Part shown: positions 48,801-62,716 of the stretch, in pieces | How positions within the stretch are numbered: the stretch's first letter is position 1 | Layout: each line of letters begins with the position of its first letter | Source of the DNA: Narcine bancroftii | Taxonomy: Eukaryota | Direction of reading: 5' to 3' | Assembly: GCF_036971445.1 (NCBI RefSeq) | Contig: NC_091472.1 | Coordinates: forward strand, 13,020,001 to 13,084,000 | Length of the DNA: 64,000 bases | Notes under the pieces: generated by a model | What the model was told of the DNA's origin: nothing | The model's input: only the letters and a program-made list of their open reading frames with translations | The model's database searches: none | Position numbers and translations under genes: made by a program

Positions 48801-50666
48801 CCCAATCTCTTTTCGATTTCTGATGTTCTTTTTCAGTTAAATGAGTTTCTTGTAAAAAAGCAATATCTACTTTAAATTTTTTTTAATATGAGCCAAAACT
48901 TACTTTCTTTTAATTGGGTTATTGAGCCCATTAACATTAAATGTTGAAAATATTAAATCACCTTATTTATTTAAATCTTAAAATCTCTTTACCTCATGCA
49001 GTGAAGTCTCAATCCACTATTAACTGAAATACAACATTCATCTCCTTAATAAAGCAAAAGAACAAATCCATCCCCCTCCCCTCCAAAAAACTGTACCACA
49101 GTATTACTTCCCTCTACCGCCCAGGAAATGGCTAACTACTTCTGAAGGAGAAGCAACAAAGACCACCTCTCCCAAACAGAACAATATTAAAAGACAGTAA
49201 AGAAAACAGTTCAAGTATGATAAGCTTCTTCCAAATTTCTGTTAACTTGATCATCATCAATATCAATTTCAGATGATTCACATCGTTCCACTTTTTGCAC
49301 TCCATTCTTCTTCCCTCCTTGGGCTGATTGCGGCTGCTGAGAAAAACCTTCTTAACTTCTTTGTTGCTTATTATCTGGCAAAGAATTAGCAAATACCAGA
49401 GCTTCAGCTTCAGCACTAAAGAATTGGGTTGATACTCTCTATAGAAAACTTTTAACACTGCTGGACATCCAAAATAAAAAACATAACCTTTCTTCCACAA
49501 AACTGCTTTAGCCGGATTAAATTCTTTCTGGCATTTGATAATGACTTGGCTCAAGTCTGCATAAAAGAAAACTCTGCTATTAATCACCAAAGGAACCTGA
49601 TGTTTTCTCACATCCTGAACTGCCTGACGCAGAATCATTTCTTTATCTTGATAACACAAACATCTAATTAAAATAGAGTGTGGCAGTTGACCAGGATGAA
49701 GTTTCTTTCTAAGTGCTCAATGAACTCCATCCAATTCCAGTCCATTCAGAAAATATTCCTTTCCCAAAACATCAGGAATCCATTTCTGGAAAAACTGTAC
49801 TGCATCTGAATCTTCAAAATCTTCCGGGAGTCCAACATTATTTCCATGACTCTGGTTCTCTAAAGCATCAATTTTCTTTAATAAGTAATTTCTTTGAACT
49901 TCCCAAAAGGTAAACATATTCATTTTATCTTGACATTGTTCAACTTCATCATGATAATCAAAACGTCCATCTTCAATCTTCTTAAGTTTATCCTGTATTT
50001 TATCCACGACTCTTGCATATTTTGCCACATCAGCTTTCATAGTTGAAATTTCTTCTTTTACACTAATAAATTGATGTTTCATCGACAAAAAGCCTTGGCT
50101 CATTTGTTTAGACATAGCCTCAAACTGTTTAGTTAAATAACCAATCTGAGATACTCCCAACAGTTTGGAAGTAGGCCCACCTTGATATATTACTGTTCTT
50201 CGTCCTCTTCAGTAGGCAAAGAAATATCCTCTTCTTCAAATCCTCCAGTGATGTCTCCCTCTTCCTCCTCCATAGATCAAGATCACAATTCCACCTTCCC
50301 CCAAGTTCTGGGACCCTCTCTTAACGATCCAGGGTCGCTGGGATCAAGAGAGATCAGCCGCCACCCCTCCCCCCACTGCAGGGTGGAATACACTCCGTGT
50401 AACATGCATGAACAAATTCCCTAATATGCACATTTGATCTTCCTGGTCAGGAGGAGGAAGTCTTTGGGCTCTGGCACCACCTTCCCTGGTGCTCCGGAGA
50501 GTCGGGGTCGGAGTAAACTGCACTCGATGCAGATGTTGTCGCTGGGGACGCAAACCAGCCGAAATCGAGTCCCTAGGCTCCAATTCAAAGGTAGGCTTCT
50601 CCTCTTCCAAGCTTGCTTGCTGTCCCGGAGTTGGTTTTTTCACTGTTTTAGTTTTCCTCATTTTAA

Positions 50667-50798
50667 GGGTATTAAAGGTTACGGAGAGAAAGCGGGGACG
50701 GGGTACTGAACTTTAAGATCAGCCATGATCTCGTTGAATGGCGGAGCAGGCTCGAAGGGTCGAATGACCTACTCCTGCTCCTATCTTCTATGTTTCTA
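50667..50798 (+). mobile_element. Short CR1 tail inserted in L1 5'UTR
   Basis: gatcagccatgatctcgttgaatggcggagcaggctcgaaggg...ttctatgtttcta. Confidence 0.8.
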
Positions 50799-50959
50799 AC
50801 TGTCAATAATTTTAATAATATTTCTTATAAATTTTTTAAATACTTTTTACAGCCAAAAAAGTTTTTTAATGTCAGGTTTTTTAACAATTCTCTTGGAAGA
50901 AGTGTCTTCCCACGTCTCCCACCTACGCCATCACGCCACCTTGCACACGCAAAATCCTT

Positions 50960-51290
50960 GAGGAGTCCTTCCACCCCGCATACAGTAACTTTCAGCTGCT
51001 CCCATTGGGAAAGAGATACAGGAGTATCAGAGCCAGTACCACCAGGCTAAGGAACATCTTCTTCCCACGGGCAGTGAGAATGCTGAACGACCAAAGGAAT
51101 TGCTCACATTAACCATCCGAGGCTCTCATATGCATGAAACAATATTTATTTATTTGCAAAGATGAAATACTTGTCCTGCATATGTATTGCTTGTCTGTAC
51201 GTATGTTATGTCTGGTTGTGTGTCTGCATGCTTTGCACCAAAGACCGGAGAATGCTGTTTCGTTGGGCTGTACTTGTACTACACGACACG
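50960..51290 (+). mobile_element. Rex1/Babar-type LINE 3' end
   Basis: HP.H..FQLLPLGKRYRSIRASTTRLRNIFFPRAVRMLN remnant. Confidence 0.75.
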
Positions 51291-51429
51291 AATTGGGAAC
51301 ATTTACGTAGACTTCCTAACACATTGCCTCTTAGCTTCAATGCAGTTTGATGAACATAGCAAGAGCTTTCAATACTCCTTTGATCATGTACTTCAAGTTT
51401 AAGCACAGGTTGGCCAGTTGCCTCCTCAC

Positions 51430-51515
51430 CTGTGACTTGGCCCACGATGGTCTGGGAAATCATCCGACTGGAAAGAAAGCTCTTTATTTCTTCTTTCATA
51501 GCCGTGCTGTCTCTC
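51430..51515 (-). CDS. HMBOX1: HMBOX1 coding exon (86 nt)
   Basis: (R)RDSTAMKEEIKSFLSSRMISQTIVGQVT(G); ttctgtag| and G|gtgagg. Confidence 0.95.
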
Positions 51516-52174
51516 CTACAGAATGCAAACAATACGTGTGGGTTGGGAGGTTGGGTGGGAGCAGGGGTGGAAAAAATAAATAACATTTTTTTTTAAAAAA
51601 AAAAAGCATTTCCTGGAAGCCTTTAGATTTTGGAAGTGGAACTGATTTTCAAGCAAGGAAAAGTCTGATCATCAACCCAACGGTTAATGTTATTAAATGA
51701 GAGACAAGTTCTCTGCCCAAAGAGAGAGGCAGCAGTTTAAAATGCATTTGTGTTTGAATTTTCCATTCCATTTGTCACATCGTTTTGGGGAACATTCCAG
51801 CCGACTCTCAGCCTAATGAACGTTTCATGTTTCCTCAAGCTTTCCCTGCTGAGGTGTGGAGGTTCATCAATTTTGCCATTGCAACACAACCCAAGAACAT
51901 AACCCGTCCTCATACCAAGATATTTAAACAGTTCAGCTGGATGCAGAAATAAAAACTGCACACCACCCAGTGGGAAGGCGAAAAGGAACATCAGCCGACT
52001 ATTCAGCATTCATACCCCCCCTCAATAAGATACCCGCTTACTCCTTCAGGGCCTTTCGCTTGGCATTGCTTATACTTTGTCTATCAACCCTGGGTTCAAA
52101 ATATGCTTACCTTGTTAGCTTCTTCAGTAATAATGTACCTCAACAAAATGATCTAACAGTCATTTAGAACTGAC

Positions 52175-52648
52175 CTCATGAGCTCCTCAACTTTCTCCTC
52201 CAGGTCCATCTCTTCTTCCACTGTATGATAGCTGCATGTCCTCTGATTGACGTTACAGTGGAAACGGCTGGGCGATAGCCTACCATTGACCACCGGCAGT
52301 TTCTCACTGTTCACGTTCTCCCGTCCATTCAGGTGAGTGCTGCATGGGGGAGGGGAGGTGTCATAGCTGTTGCTAGGCGATGGCGACGTGCCACTGTACG
52401 GGGTCTGTGTGGCAGCTGTGACGAGGGAGGAAGAAGTGCCGAAGCTGTTGCTGCAGGAACTGTGGCTGTTGCCGTAGCCGTGCCGTTTACCAAACTTTTC
52501 CGCATGTTCCTGGTCAAGACGGTCCAACGTCTCCAGAGCATGGATGATGTCCCGTTTTGTCATTCCGCTCTGCCGCAGTCGCTGCAACAAGTCAATCTGC
52601 TCAATCGTAAACCTTGGCTCATCCGTGTAGTGCGACATCGTGGTATTG
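52175..52648 (-). CDS. HMBOX1: HMBOX1 large coding exon (474 nt; HNF1 N-terminal-like region; in-frame Met at 52638)
   Basis: MSHYTDEPRFTIEQIDLLQRLRQSGMTK...SPSPSNSYDTSP...KVEELM(R); tttcccacag| and AG|gtcagt. Confidence 0.97.
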
Positions 52649-52981
52649 CTGTGGGAAACACAAAAAGGGAATTTGGTGGAACTCAACAGCATTGAGGTTT
52701 ACTTGTGAATGAGGTCTTCGCTACTCTTGTGAGTGCAGGAGGATGAGGGGTGATGTGGCCTCCAGCCACATAGCATGAACATTGACTTCACTGCTTTCCA
52801 TTAAACTTGCTTGCCTTTTCTTCCGCCTACCCCATTTCCTGCCTTCCCAGTTCTTTCACTTATACAGCCTAGCCTTCTCTCCGTCCCTCAGTGCTGCTGT
52901 CCACCTATCATCTCCTGTTCTGCCACCCCCCTTCTCCTTTCCACTCTTTTATTCTGATGCTCACTGGCTTTTTCTCATACC

Positions 52982-53693
52982 TTTTTTTTTGAATATTTTA
53001 TTTATAATTTTAAGCCACAATTACATTTCATTAAATTCAAAAATTGTTCAGAAAGTTATACATGTGGTATATATAAGAAAAACAAACCCTTCTCCTTCTC
53101 TCCCAAAACCCCTAAAAAGAAAGAAAAATGAGAAAAAAGAGATTAAAGGAGGTAAATCTGGAGAATACCAAGGGAATAAAGCATTTATAACAGAAATTCT
53201 AATATTAGAGGTTACCAAGAAGTGAAATCTTCAGAATGTTTATCAAACGTATAAACCCACATTTTGTAAATATTTTCGCCATATTTTCCAAAACAAGTGG
53301 TTTTTATTTTGTAAACTATACGTAACTTTCTCTAATGGAGTACAGCCACGAAGTTCTGCGTGCCATCTTTCCATACCTAAATCGATATCTGACTTCCATG
53401 ATATTGCTATGCACTTCCTCGAAACTGCTAAAGCAATTTGTAAAAGTTCAATTAGATGCACAGTTAATTTCAATTTAGTCTTATAACCTTAATATTACAC
53501 AATAAAAATAACATTGGATCCTGTGGGAACTCGACACCCGTAATCCATTCCAAAAAAATAGACTTCCAACCAAAAATGTCTGACTTTAGGACATTGCCAA
53601 ATAGAATGGAAAAAAAGTTCCAATCTCATGTCCATACCTAAAACAAAGTGGACATAGCAGGATTTACTCTATTTAATTTTTGTGGAGTCAATT
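52982..53693 (-). mobile_element. Outer L1 3' fragment (continues at 62717-63530)
   Basis: ALAVSRKCIAISWK...PLEKVTY; polyA at ~52982; sequence resumes after the LTR. Confidence 0.8.
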
Positions 53694-54103
53694 TGTGATG
53701 GATTATATATTTTATATTGTATGTAGATATGTTTTTGAAGTTGATAGATTGTGGGAGTAGTGTAGGTCACAAACACTTCACAAAACAGATCTCATTTAAA
53801 ATGCAAGAGCTTTGCTGAAAGTGAGTCATGCAGGCACCAAGCGCCTTTGCAAAGACAATGAAACAAGGAGACTGCTTTGCTATAGAATTTCAAAAGCAGG
53901 TGTACATAGATTATTATTTTGAAAGCAACAGATGAATGGACTCAGAAGTTTGGGTCCGGTGCTGCAATCTGTCTGGTTGAAGTTTGTTGTTTTTAAGAAG
54001 GTCATGTGGTTTTGCAAAGGGTGGGGGGGAGAGAAAGAGAGAGAGGAAAAAAAACTGGTTCCTGCAGTCATGACAAGCTGGCAGCTTGTTTAAACCCCAT
54101 TTT

Positions 54104-57100
54104 TAATTTTTTTTTATTTTCACACTGTGAATCATGTCAACCAAAATATGTACAAATGTTTCTCATTAAATTTACACAGCGACCTTTTCTCTCTTTTTCC
54201 CCCTTTCCTTCCCTCCCCTTGACCCACCCCCAAAAACCCATTAGTATTCAACATATATAATACAATAAAGCCATAAAACAATATCTTCACACAAAGGAAA
54301 ATAAACAAGAAAAATGCGTCGTCTATTTATTACGAACTGAATCTAGTTGTTTTGTCTTCCTATCATTTTCATTTTAGGGGTTGGAGGTCCTAGGCAAGCC
54401 CTCTCTGATATGTTCCATGTACGGTTCCCAAATTTGTTCAAATAATGTGACTTTATTTTTTAAATTATATGTTATGTTTTCCAATGGAATACATTTATTC
54501 ATTTCCATGTGCCATTGCTGTATTCTCAGGCTCTCTTCCATTTTCCAAGTTGACATTATACATATTTTTGCTACTGCTAAGGCTATCATAATGTTTTTTT
54601 TTGCACTTTGTCCAATTTAAGGCCTAATTCTTTACTTCTTATCTTATTTAAAAGAAACATCTCTGGTTTTTTTGGTATGCTATTTTTTATAATTTTATTT
54701 AGTATCTGATTTAGTTCTTCCCAAAATGTATTCACCTTCGCACATGTCCAAGTTGCATGTAATGTTGTTCCCATTTCCTTCCCACAGCGAAAACATCGAT
54801 CTGATAATGTTGGGTCCCATTTTTTTTAATTTTTGAGGAGCAATATATAACCTGTGTAACCAATTATACTGTATCATGCATAACCTTGTGTTTATTATAT
54901 TATTCATAGTTCCAGAACATAACTTTTCCCATACTTCATTTTTTATCTTTGTTTAAATCCTTTTCCCACTTTTGTTTAGGTTTATAGTTTATTTAATCAT
55001 TTTCTTTCTCTTGCAGATTAATGTACATTTTTTTAAATAAATCTTTTAATTATCATTGTGTCTGTAATCACATATTCAAAGCTGCTTCCTTCTGGTAATC
55101 TCAAGTTGTTTCCCAATTTGTCCTTTAAATAAGCTTTCAATTAATGATATGCAAACAATTTACCATGAGTTATTCCATATTTGTATTTCAACTGTTCAAA
55201 CGTTAATAAATTATTTCCCAAAAAACAATTTTCTCTTCTTTTGATTCCTTTTCTCTCCCATTCTATAAAGGAAAGGCTATCTATTGTGAAAGGAATTAGT
55301 GGATTTTGCGTCAATAATAATTTTGGTATTTGGTAATTCATTTTTTTCTTTCTAAGTGTATCTTCTTCCATGTATTACGTAAATGATGCAATACTGGTGA
55401 TCTTTTATATTGCACCAGTTCATCATCCCACTGAAAAGTACATGTTCCGGTACCTTCTCGTCTATTTTATCTAGTTCTATCTTAGTCCAGTCTGGTTTTT
55501 CCCTTGTCTGGTAAAAATCTGATAAATACCTTAATTGGGCGGCTCTTTAATAATTTCTAAAATTTGGTAACTGCAAACCACCTTGATTATAACTCTCTGT
55601 TAATTTATCTAACGCTACCCTTGGTTTCCTCCCTTTCCACAAGAATTTCCTTATTAAACATAGAAACATAGAAGATAGGAGCAGGAGTAGGTCATTCGGC
55701 CCTTCGAGCCTCCTCCGCCATTCAATGAGATCATGGCTGATCTTAATGTTCAGAACCCCATCCCCACCTTCTCTCCATAACCCCTAATTCCCTTATACTG
55801 AAGAAATATATCTAATTCTCTCTTAAATATATTCAATGATCCTGCGTCTAATGCCCTCTGTGGCAATGAATTCCACAGATTCACCACCCTCTGGGTAAAG
55901 AAATTCCTCCTCATCTCAGTCCTAAATGGCTTGCCTATTATCCTCGAACCATGGCCCCGGGTTCTGGACTCTCCCACCATTGGAAACATCCCTTCCACAT
56001 CCATTCTGTCCAGTCCTGCCAGAATTTTATGTCTCTATGAGATCCCCTCTCAATCTTCTAAACTCCAGTGAGTACAATCCCAGTTTGCGCAATCTTTCCT
56101 CATAAGTTATTCCTGCCATTCCAGGTATCAGCCTGGTGAATCGCCTCTGCACTCCCTCCATTGCAAGAATATCCTTCATTACATAAGGCGACCAAAACTG
56201 CACACAATACTTCAGGTGGGGTCTCACCAAGGCTCTGTACAGCTGCAGAAAGGTATCCTTATTCCTATACTCAAACCCTCTTGATATGAAGGCCAACATA
56301 CCATTTGCCTTTTTAACCGCCTGCTGTACCTGCATGCTCGCCTTCAGTGACTGGAGCACAAGAACCCCTAGGTCTCTCTGCACTTCCCCATCTCCCAATC
56401 TATTGCCATTCAAATAGTAATCTGCCCTCCAGTTTGTATTACCAAAGTGGATAACCTCACGCTTATCCACATTGTAGTGCATCTGCCATGTATCTGCCTA
56501 GTCCCCCAATTTATCCAAATCACACTGGAGCTTCCTGACCCCCTCTTCAGTGCACACAACCTCTCCTAGCTTAGTGTTGTCTGCAAATTTGGAGATATTA
56601 CATCCAATCCTCTCATCTAGATCATTAATGTAAATTGTGAACAGCTGGGGTTCCAGTACAGATCCCTGTGGCACCCCACTGGTCACCGCCTGCCTCTCAG
56701 AAAACGAGCCATTTATCCCAACTCTCTGTCTTCTATCTGCCAACCAGTTCTCAATCCACATCAATACCTTGCCCCCAATCCCATGAGCCTTGATTTTGCA
56801 TGCCAGTCGTTTATGTGGAACCTTATCGAAGGCCTTTTGGAAGTCCAGGTACACCACATCACTGGCTCTCCCCCATCTATTTTACCTGTCACCATCTCAA
56901 AGAATCCAATAGATTTGTCAAGCACGATTTACCTTTTGTAAATCCATGTTGACTCTGTCCGATCCCTTCTCTGCTAGTCATATGCTCCGCTATAATTTTG
57001 CCCACTACTGATGTAAGGCTCACCGGCCCATAATTCCCCGCTTTTTCTCTACCCCCATTTTTAAATAGTGGGGTAACATTAGCTACCCTCCAATCCATGG

Positions 57101-60100
57101 GTATTGATCAGGTTCTGGAAAATAATTCTTAAAGCATCTGCTATCTGAATGTCCACTTCCTTAAGTACATCCTAGGATGTAGATTATCAGGCCCTTGGGA
57201 TTTATCGGCCTTCAATCCCATCAATTTCCCCAAGACCATGTCCTTAGAGATACTGATTTCTTTCAGCTCCTCCCTTGCATTAGTCTCTATGTTTCCCAAC
57301 ATCCTTGGGAGGTTATTTGTATCCTCTCTTGTAAAAACAGAACTAAAGTAAGAATTTAATTGGTTTGCCATTTCCTTATTCCCCATTATATATTCACCAT
57401 TATATATTCCCCTGATTCTGACTGCAAGGGACCTACTCTGGATTTCACCAATCTTTTCCTCTTGACATATCTATAAAAGCTTTTGCAGTTGGTTTTTATG
57501 TTTGCCGCAAGCTTACTTTCGTAATTTATTTTTGCCTTCTTGATTAATCCCTTTGTCCTCTTTTGCTGCATCTTGAACTGCTCCCAGTCTTCGGTTGTGG
57601 TACTTTTTTTGGCCTGTTGATATGCTCTCTCTTTGGACCTAATCCTGTCTATAATTTCCTTTGTTATCCACGGGATATTGTTCTTTTTAGTTCATTAAAA
57701 AAAAATTCTGTTAAGGGAATTGGTAACGTTTGAAATAAGTATTGTATCCTTGGGAACACGTTCATTTTAATCCAGTTTACCCTTCCTATCAACGTTAGCG
57801 GAAATTCTTTCCAATGTAAGTCTTTCTGCAATTTCTTTATTAGTGGCTGATAATTTAGTTTGTACAAGTGGCTTAAGTTATTATCTAACCTGATCCCTAG
57901 GTATCGGATTGCTTGTGTTTTCCATTTAAATGGTGATTCTTTTCTAAATTCTGTATAATCCACTTTACTCATTAGCATCACTTCACTTTTATTTGCGTTG
58001 ATCTTGTACCCCGATATTTTTCCATATTCCTTCAATTTCTTATGTAATTCTTTTATTGATATCTCTGGTTCTGTTAAGTATACTATAATGTCATCTGCAA
58101 ATAAGCCAATTTTATACTCCTCCTCCTTTATTTTTATCCCTTTTATTTTATTTTCTATTCTTATCAGTTCTGCCAAAGGTTCTTTGCTCAGGCAAACAAC
58201 GAAGGGGATAGTGGACATCCCTGTCTAGTTGACCAACTTAATTTAAATTGATTCAATACATATCTATTTACTGCTACTTTCACCAACAGTCCATTATACA
58301 ATGCTTTAATCCAATTTATATTTTTTTCTGGTAGACTGAACTTCTGTAATACTTTAAATAAGTAGTTCCACTCTACTCTGTCAAAAGCTTTTTCTGCATC
58401 TACTGTTGGTTTCTTATTTCCTTGAACTGCATGAATTAGATTAATAAATTTACAGACATTGTCCACTGTTCGTCTTTTCTTAATAAATCTAGTTTGATCT
58501 TGTTTTACTTTTTTGGTACACAATCGGCCAATCTGTTTGCTAATAATTTTGCTATTATCTTATAATCTGAGTTAAGTAGAGATATTGGTCTATATGATGC
58601 TGGTGTTAGTGGATCCTTCCCTGTCTTTGGTATTACTGTAATTATTGCTGTCTTACATGAATCTGGCAAGTTTTGTGTTTCTTCTACCTGGTTCATTACT
58701 TCCAGGAGAGGAGGAATTAATATCTCTTTAAATGTTTCATAAAATTCTATTGGAAATCCATCCTCTCCTGGTGTTTTATTGTTCAGCAGCTTTTTAAATA
58801 TATCTTGTACTACCTCTATTTCAAATGGTTTTATTAGTTTGTTTTGTTCCTCTTCTTGTAATTTCAGCAGTTCAATTTTAGCTAAAAAATTCCTCTATTT
58901 TGTCATCTTTTCCCTCGTTCTCAGTTTGGTATAATTGTTAAAATTCCTTAAAATTTTCATTAATCTCTGTTGGGTTACATGTAATTTGTTTGTCCTTTTT
59001 TCCTTGATGCCAATACCGTTCTTTTCACTTGTTCTGTTTTAAGTTGCCAGGCTAATATTTTATGTGTTTTTTCTCCCAGTTCGTAATACTTTTGCTTTGT
59101 TTTCATTATGTTCTTCTCCACCTTATACGTTTGTAATGTTTCGTATTTTATTTTTTTGTCCGCCAATTCTTTCCTTTTCGTTATATCATCCCTTTTTACT
59201 AATTCCTTTTCTGTACTTACTATCTCCCTTTCCAACTGCTCTGTTTCCCGATTGTAATCCTTTTTCATCTTAGTCACATAACATTATCTGCCCTCTAATG
59301 AAGGCTTTTATTGTGTCCCATAATGTAAATTTATCTTTCACTGATCCTGTGTTAATTCCAAAATATGTTTTAATTTGGCATTCAATAAACTCCCTAAATT
59401 CCTGCCTTTTAAGTAGCATGGAGATTAACCACCATCTTTATGTTCTTGGTGGGATGTCCTCCAGTTCTATTGCTAATAACAGGGGTGAATGATCTGATAG
59501 TAGTCTAGGTTTATACTGTTTTCCTAACTCTCCCTTGAATATGGGCTGACAATAAAAACATATCAATCCTTGAGTAAGTTTTGTGCCTACTCAAATAATA
59601 TGAATATTCCTTCTCTCTTGGGTGCTGCCTCTTCCATATATCCATAAGTTTCATTTCCTGCATTGATTTAACCATAAATGTGGCTACTTTATTCTTATTA
59701 CTTGTCTTTTGTCCAGTTTCATCCAACATTGGGTCCAAATTAAGGTTAAAATCTCCTATGTGTGTCTGCAATCTTCAAAAAAAATCCTGAATAAACTTTT
59801 GATCCTCCTCGTTAGGCGCATATATATTGAGCAAATTCCAAAATTCTGAGTATATCGAACATTTTATAATTACATACCTCCCTGCCGGATTTAATATTTC
59901 CTCCTGTATTTTAATTGGTACATTTTTGTTAAATAGTATGGCTACACCTCTAGCTTTTGAATTATAAGATGCTGCCGCTACATGTCCTACCCAGTCTCTC
60001 TTTAATTTGTTATGTTCCACTTCAGTTAGATGTGTTTCCTGCACAAATGCTATATCTAATTTTTCCTTCTTCAATAAATTTAGTAGCCTCTTCCTTTTGA

Positions 60101-62114
60101 TTTAGTTATGTATTCCATTAATCTTAAATCTTGCTTATAACATAACATAATAACATAACAATTTACAGCACGGAAACATATTTCTTTTCCACTGCTTCAC
60201 CACCTCCATCCCCCTTTTCCCCATTTTCATTTCTTAGTTTTCTCTTATTAAACTTAATGTACGACAACACATTTAAGACAAAGTACCCCCGCAGTTCCCA
60301 CACCCACTAATACCTTAACCCCAAAAGTTCCCTCCCTTATCCCTTGTTGGGCAACCACAACTCCCCTTATCATTTGGATTGCGATCTTACTCGCAGCATC
60401 AACTGATTTTGCAGTTACGGTTCTTCCCTTTTCCCCCAGCCCTCCCCAGAAAACACTTTTTTTCCCAAAAAACACATATAACAAAGCTCTTTTTTTTCCC
60501 ACCCTTACTTCCTTGCTTCCCTTCTATTTTCCCTCTTTAGTTCTTTACATATACATTGTTTTTACATCTTTATATCATCGTTCTTCATTCTTATTACATC
60601 TCTTCTTCTGTCCTGCAAACATTTTGCGAATTCTAGCGCTTCCTCTGGATTCGAGAACAGTCTGTTTTGCTCCCCGGTATAAATATTTTAAGCACGGCTG
60701 GATGTCTTAACATCAATTTGTAACCCTTTTCCCATAAAATCGTTTTTGCTGTATTAAACTCTTTCCTCCTCTTTAAGAGTTCAAAATTTATGACTATGTA
60801 AAAAAATATTTTTTGATCCTTGTTTTCCATTGGTTTATTATCTTCTCTAACTTTATTCCTTGCCCGTTCCAGTATGTTTTCTCTTGTCATATATCTCAAA
60901 AATTTTACTAAGATGGATCTTGGTTTTTGATGTGCCTGTGGTTTCGGAGCTAGTGTTCTGTGAGCCATTTCTATTTCCATTCCTTCCTGCATTTTTGTCG
61001 TCCCCAGGACCTTTGGGATCTATCCATTTATAAATTCCTCATGTCTGTGCCTTCTTCACCCTCCTTCAGGCACTATTTTTATGTTGTTTCGCCTACTATA
61101 ATTTTCCAACAGATCAATTTTCTGAGATAACAACTCTTGTGTCTCTTTAATTATTTTGTCACTTTCTTCCAATTTTTTCTCTTGTCATTTACTTCCATTT
61201 CTACAGCTGTTTCCCGCTCTTCCATTCTCTATCTTTTCCCTATTTCTGTCATTATCAGTTCTAAAATTTGCATTTTATCTTCTGTTCTTTTCATTTTCCT
61301 TTTAATTGGATTAAATTCTAATGATGACCATTCTTTTAATGATCTCATTTGTTGTTCAAACAAAAACTTTATCTATATTCTGTCCATCAGTTTTACCTTC
61401 TCTTTTTCTCTTTGTCCATCAGTTTTACCTTCTATTTCTCTTTGTCCATCAGTTTTACCCCTTCTATTTCTCTGTGAAGATCTTGGTCTCCTTCCTCTTC
61501 TTCTGTGTCTGTACCTGTGTCTGTGTCTCTTCTGTTTTTCCCGTGGATCTGCTTGCATCTCTTTGTCAGGCCTCTCCTTGCTGGTCCTCCCCTCTTGGGC
61601 TACTCCTCCGTTGTGCCTCCTGTCGTTAACCTTCTTGCTGGTCGTCTCTCCGTCTCTCTCCCACGTCGCTCCCTTCTCTGCTGCCTTTCTCGTCTTCCAG
61701 CTGAGCACCCTGGTGTCGGGCGTCCCTCAGCTGTTCGCGCTGTGGCTGCCCGCTCCTCTGCTGAGCACCCTCCCATCGGCGTCCTCTTTTACCCTTATTT
61801 CCGTACTGCACACTTTTGTTTGGCCCCGAGAGCCATTTTTGAAGTCCAGGTGAGTCGCGACTCCACAGCGTCCTGTTCCTTCATGCAGGTAAAGTTGATG
61901 CCGCTTTTTCTTCTTTGGTGATTTTTCTACTTCTTTTATTCCAGTTGTTTTTATTTTCTCCTTCTTGGGTGCCATCCTCTTTCTCTTCTCTGTAACTTTA
62001 TCTTCTATTTCTTACATTCTATTTTTGTTGTGCTTTGTCTTTTTCTACCTTTTTTCCTGGAGAGGGCTGGTTTTCCTGACCGGCCACTACTCCATCACGT
62101 GACACCTTCATTGT
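54104..62114 (-). mobile_element. Full-length L1 (dead) inserted in the LTR
   Basis: 5' end gaaggtgtcacgtgatggagtag; ORF1 MAPKKEK...; ORF2 QETHL, NIYAPN, SRID, YRPISLLN, FADD; TSD aaccccatttt (54093-103 / 62115-125). Confidence 0.92.
55656..57675 (-). mobile_element. 5'-truncated CR1 LINE inserted into L1 ORF2
   Basis: YLDFQKAFDKVPH, VPQGSVL, FADNTKL; (tttctatg)n tail; tatt at both junctions. Confidence 0.93.
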
Positions 62115-62716
62115 AACCCCATTTTGAAGACAGAGACAGTTGTGAGTTGTGAGTTCAGCCTGTTGAAAACCCTTGTGGTCCATACAAGGAAATGGCTGGT
62201 TAGAGTGTTTCACCTGAAATAAGGGAAACAAAGGAACTCTATGGTGACCTGCAGAAGAAGAAGTTATCATTTGGAAAACCCTGATGGGGCAAGTTTCTTC
62301 GGCAAGACACTTGAAGTGGCTGATCAGAGGGAATCAGTTTGTGTGTGTCCAACGAGCAACAAATCTCTCTCTGCAAACAGAAAAGAACCTTCCTGAGTGG
62401 TAGCCATTTAGCATCAAAGCCTGGTGAAATTCATAAATGTTAAATTCTGTGCACAGTATAAGAATGGCCTGCAACCAGTAAGCCTGGAGGAGTGAGAAGT
62501 GAGATTAGAATGTAAATCAAAGAACTTTTCTGAACTCATACACACATTACATTCAAGTGAGCTTAGAATTAGAAGGGGGTTAAGTTAATGGTAGCAAGTT
62601 AAAGTTTGATGGTTTTTATGTTTAAAGAAAATTAAAAATGACTTTTATTTAAATAACTATTTGCCTTGGTGAATTTCTATTGCCTCTGGGTTTTGGGATC
62701 CTTTAGATCTGTAACA

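Larger units (their letters stand above)
44919..50947 (-). mobile_element. Near full-length L1 (dead): 5'UTR, ORF1 (~50661-49300), ORF2 EN/RT (~48960-45200), polyA
   Basis: INIYAPN (EN), YRPISLLNVDYK, LDAEKAFDRVEW (RT), ORF1 coiled-coil/RRM remnants; TSD aaaatcctt (44910-18 / 50951-59); inserted in a Rex1 fragment. Confidence 0.92.
53694..62716. mobile_element. Solo LTR (TG...CA, ~1 kb: 53694-54103 plus 62115-62716) split by a full-length L1
   Basis: Starts TGTGATG and ends TGTAACA; 4-bp TSD aatt/aaat; flanks rejoin into continuous L1 ORF2 (QLYLTPQK). Confidence 0.7.

Noticed and set aside
52649-52692. ORF-track N-terminus MLLSSTKFPFCVSHS, superficially like human MLSSFPVV
   Set aside because: Runs through the pyrimidine tract and a good acceptor; treated as intron, with the first coding exon not found in the window
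61137-61921. 238-aa hydrophobic + strand ORF and overlapping ORFs
   Set aside because: Antisense of purine-rich L1 ORF1 with short internal tandem repeats
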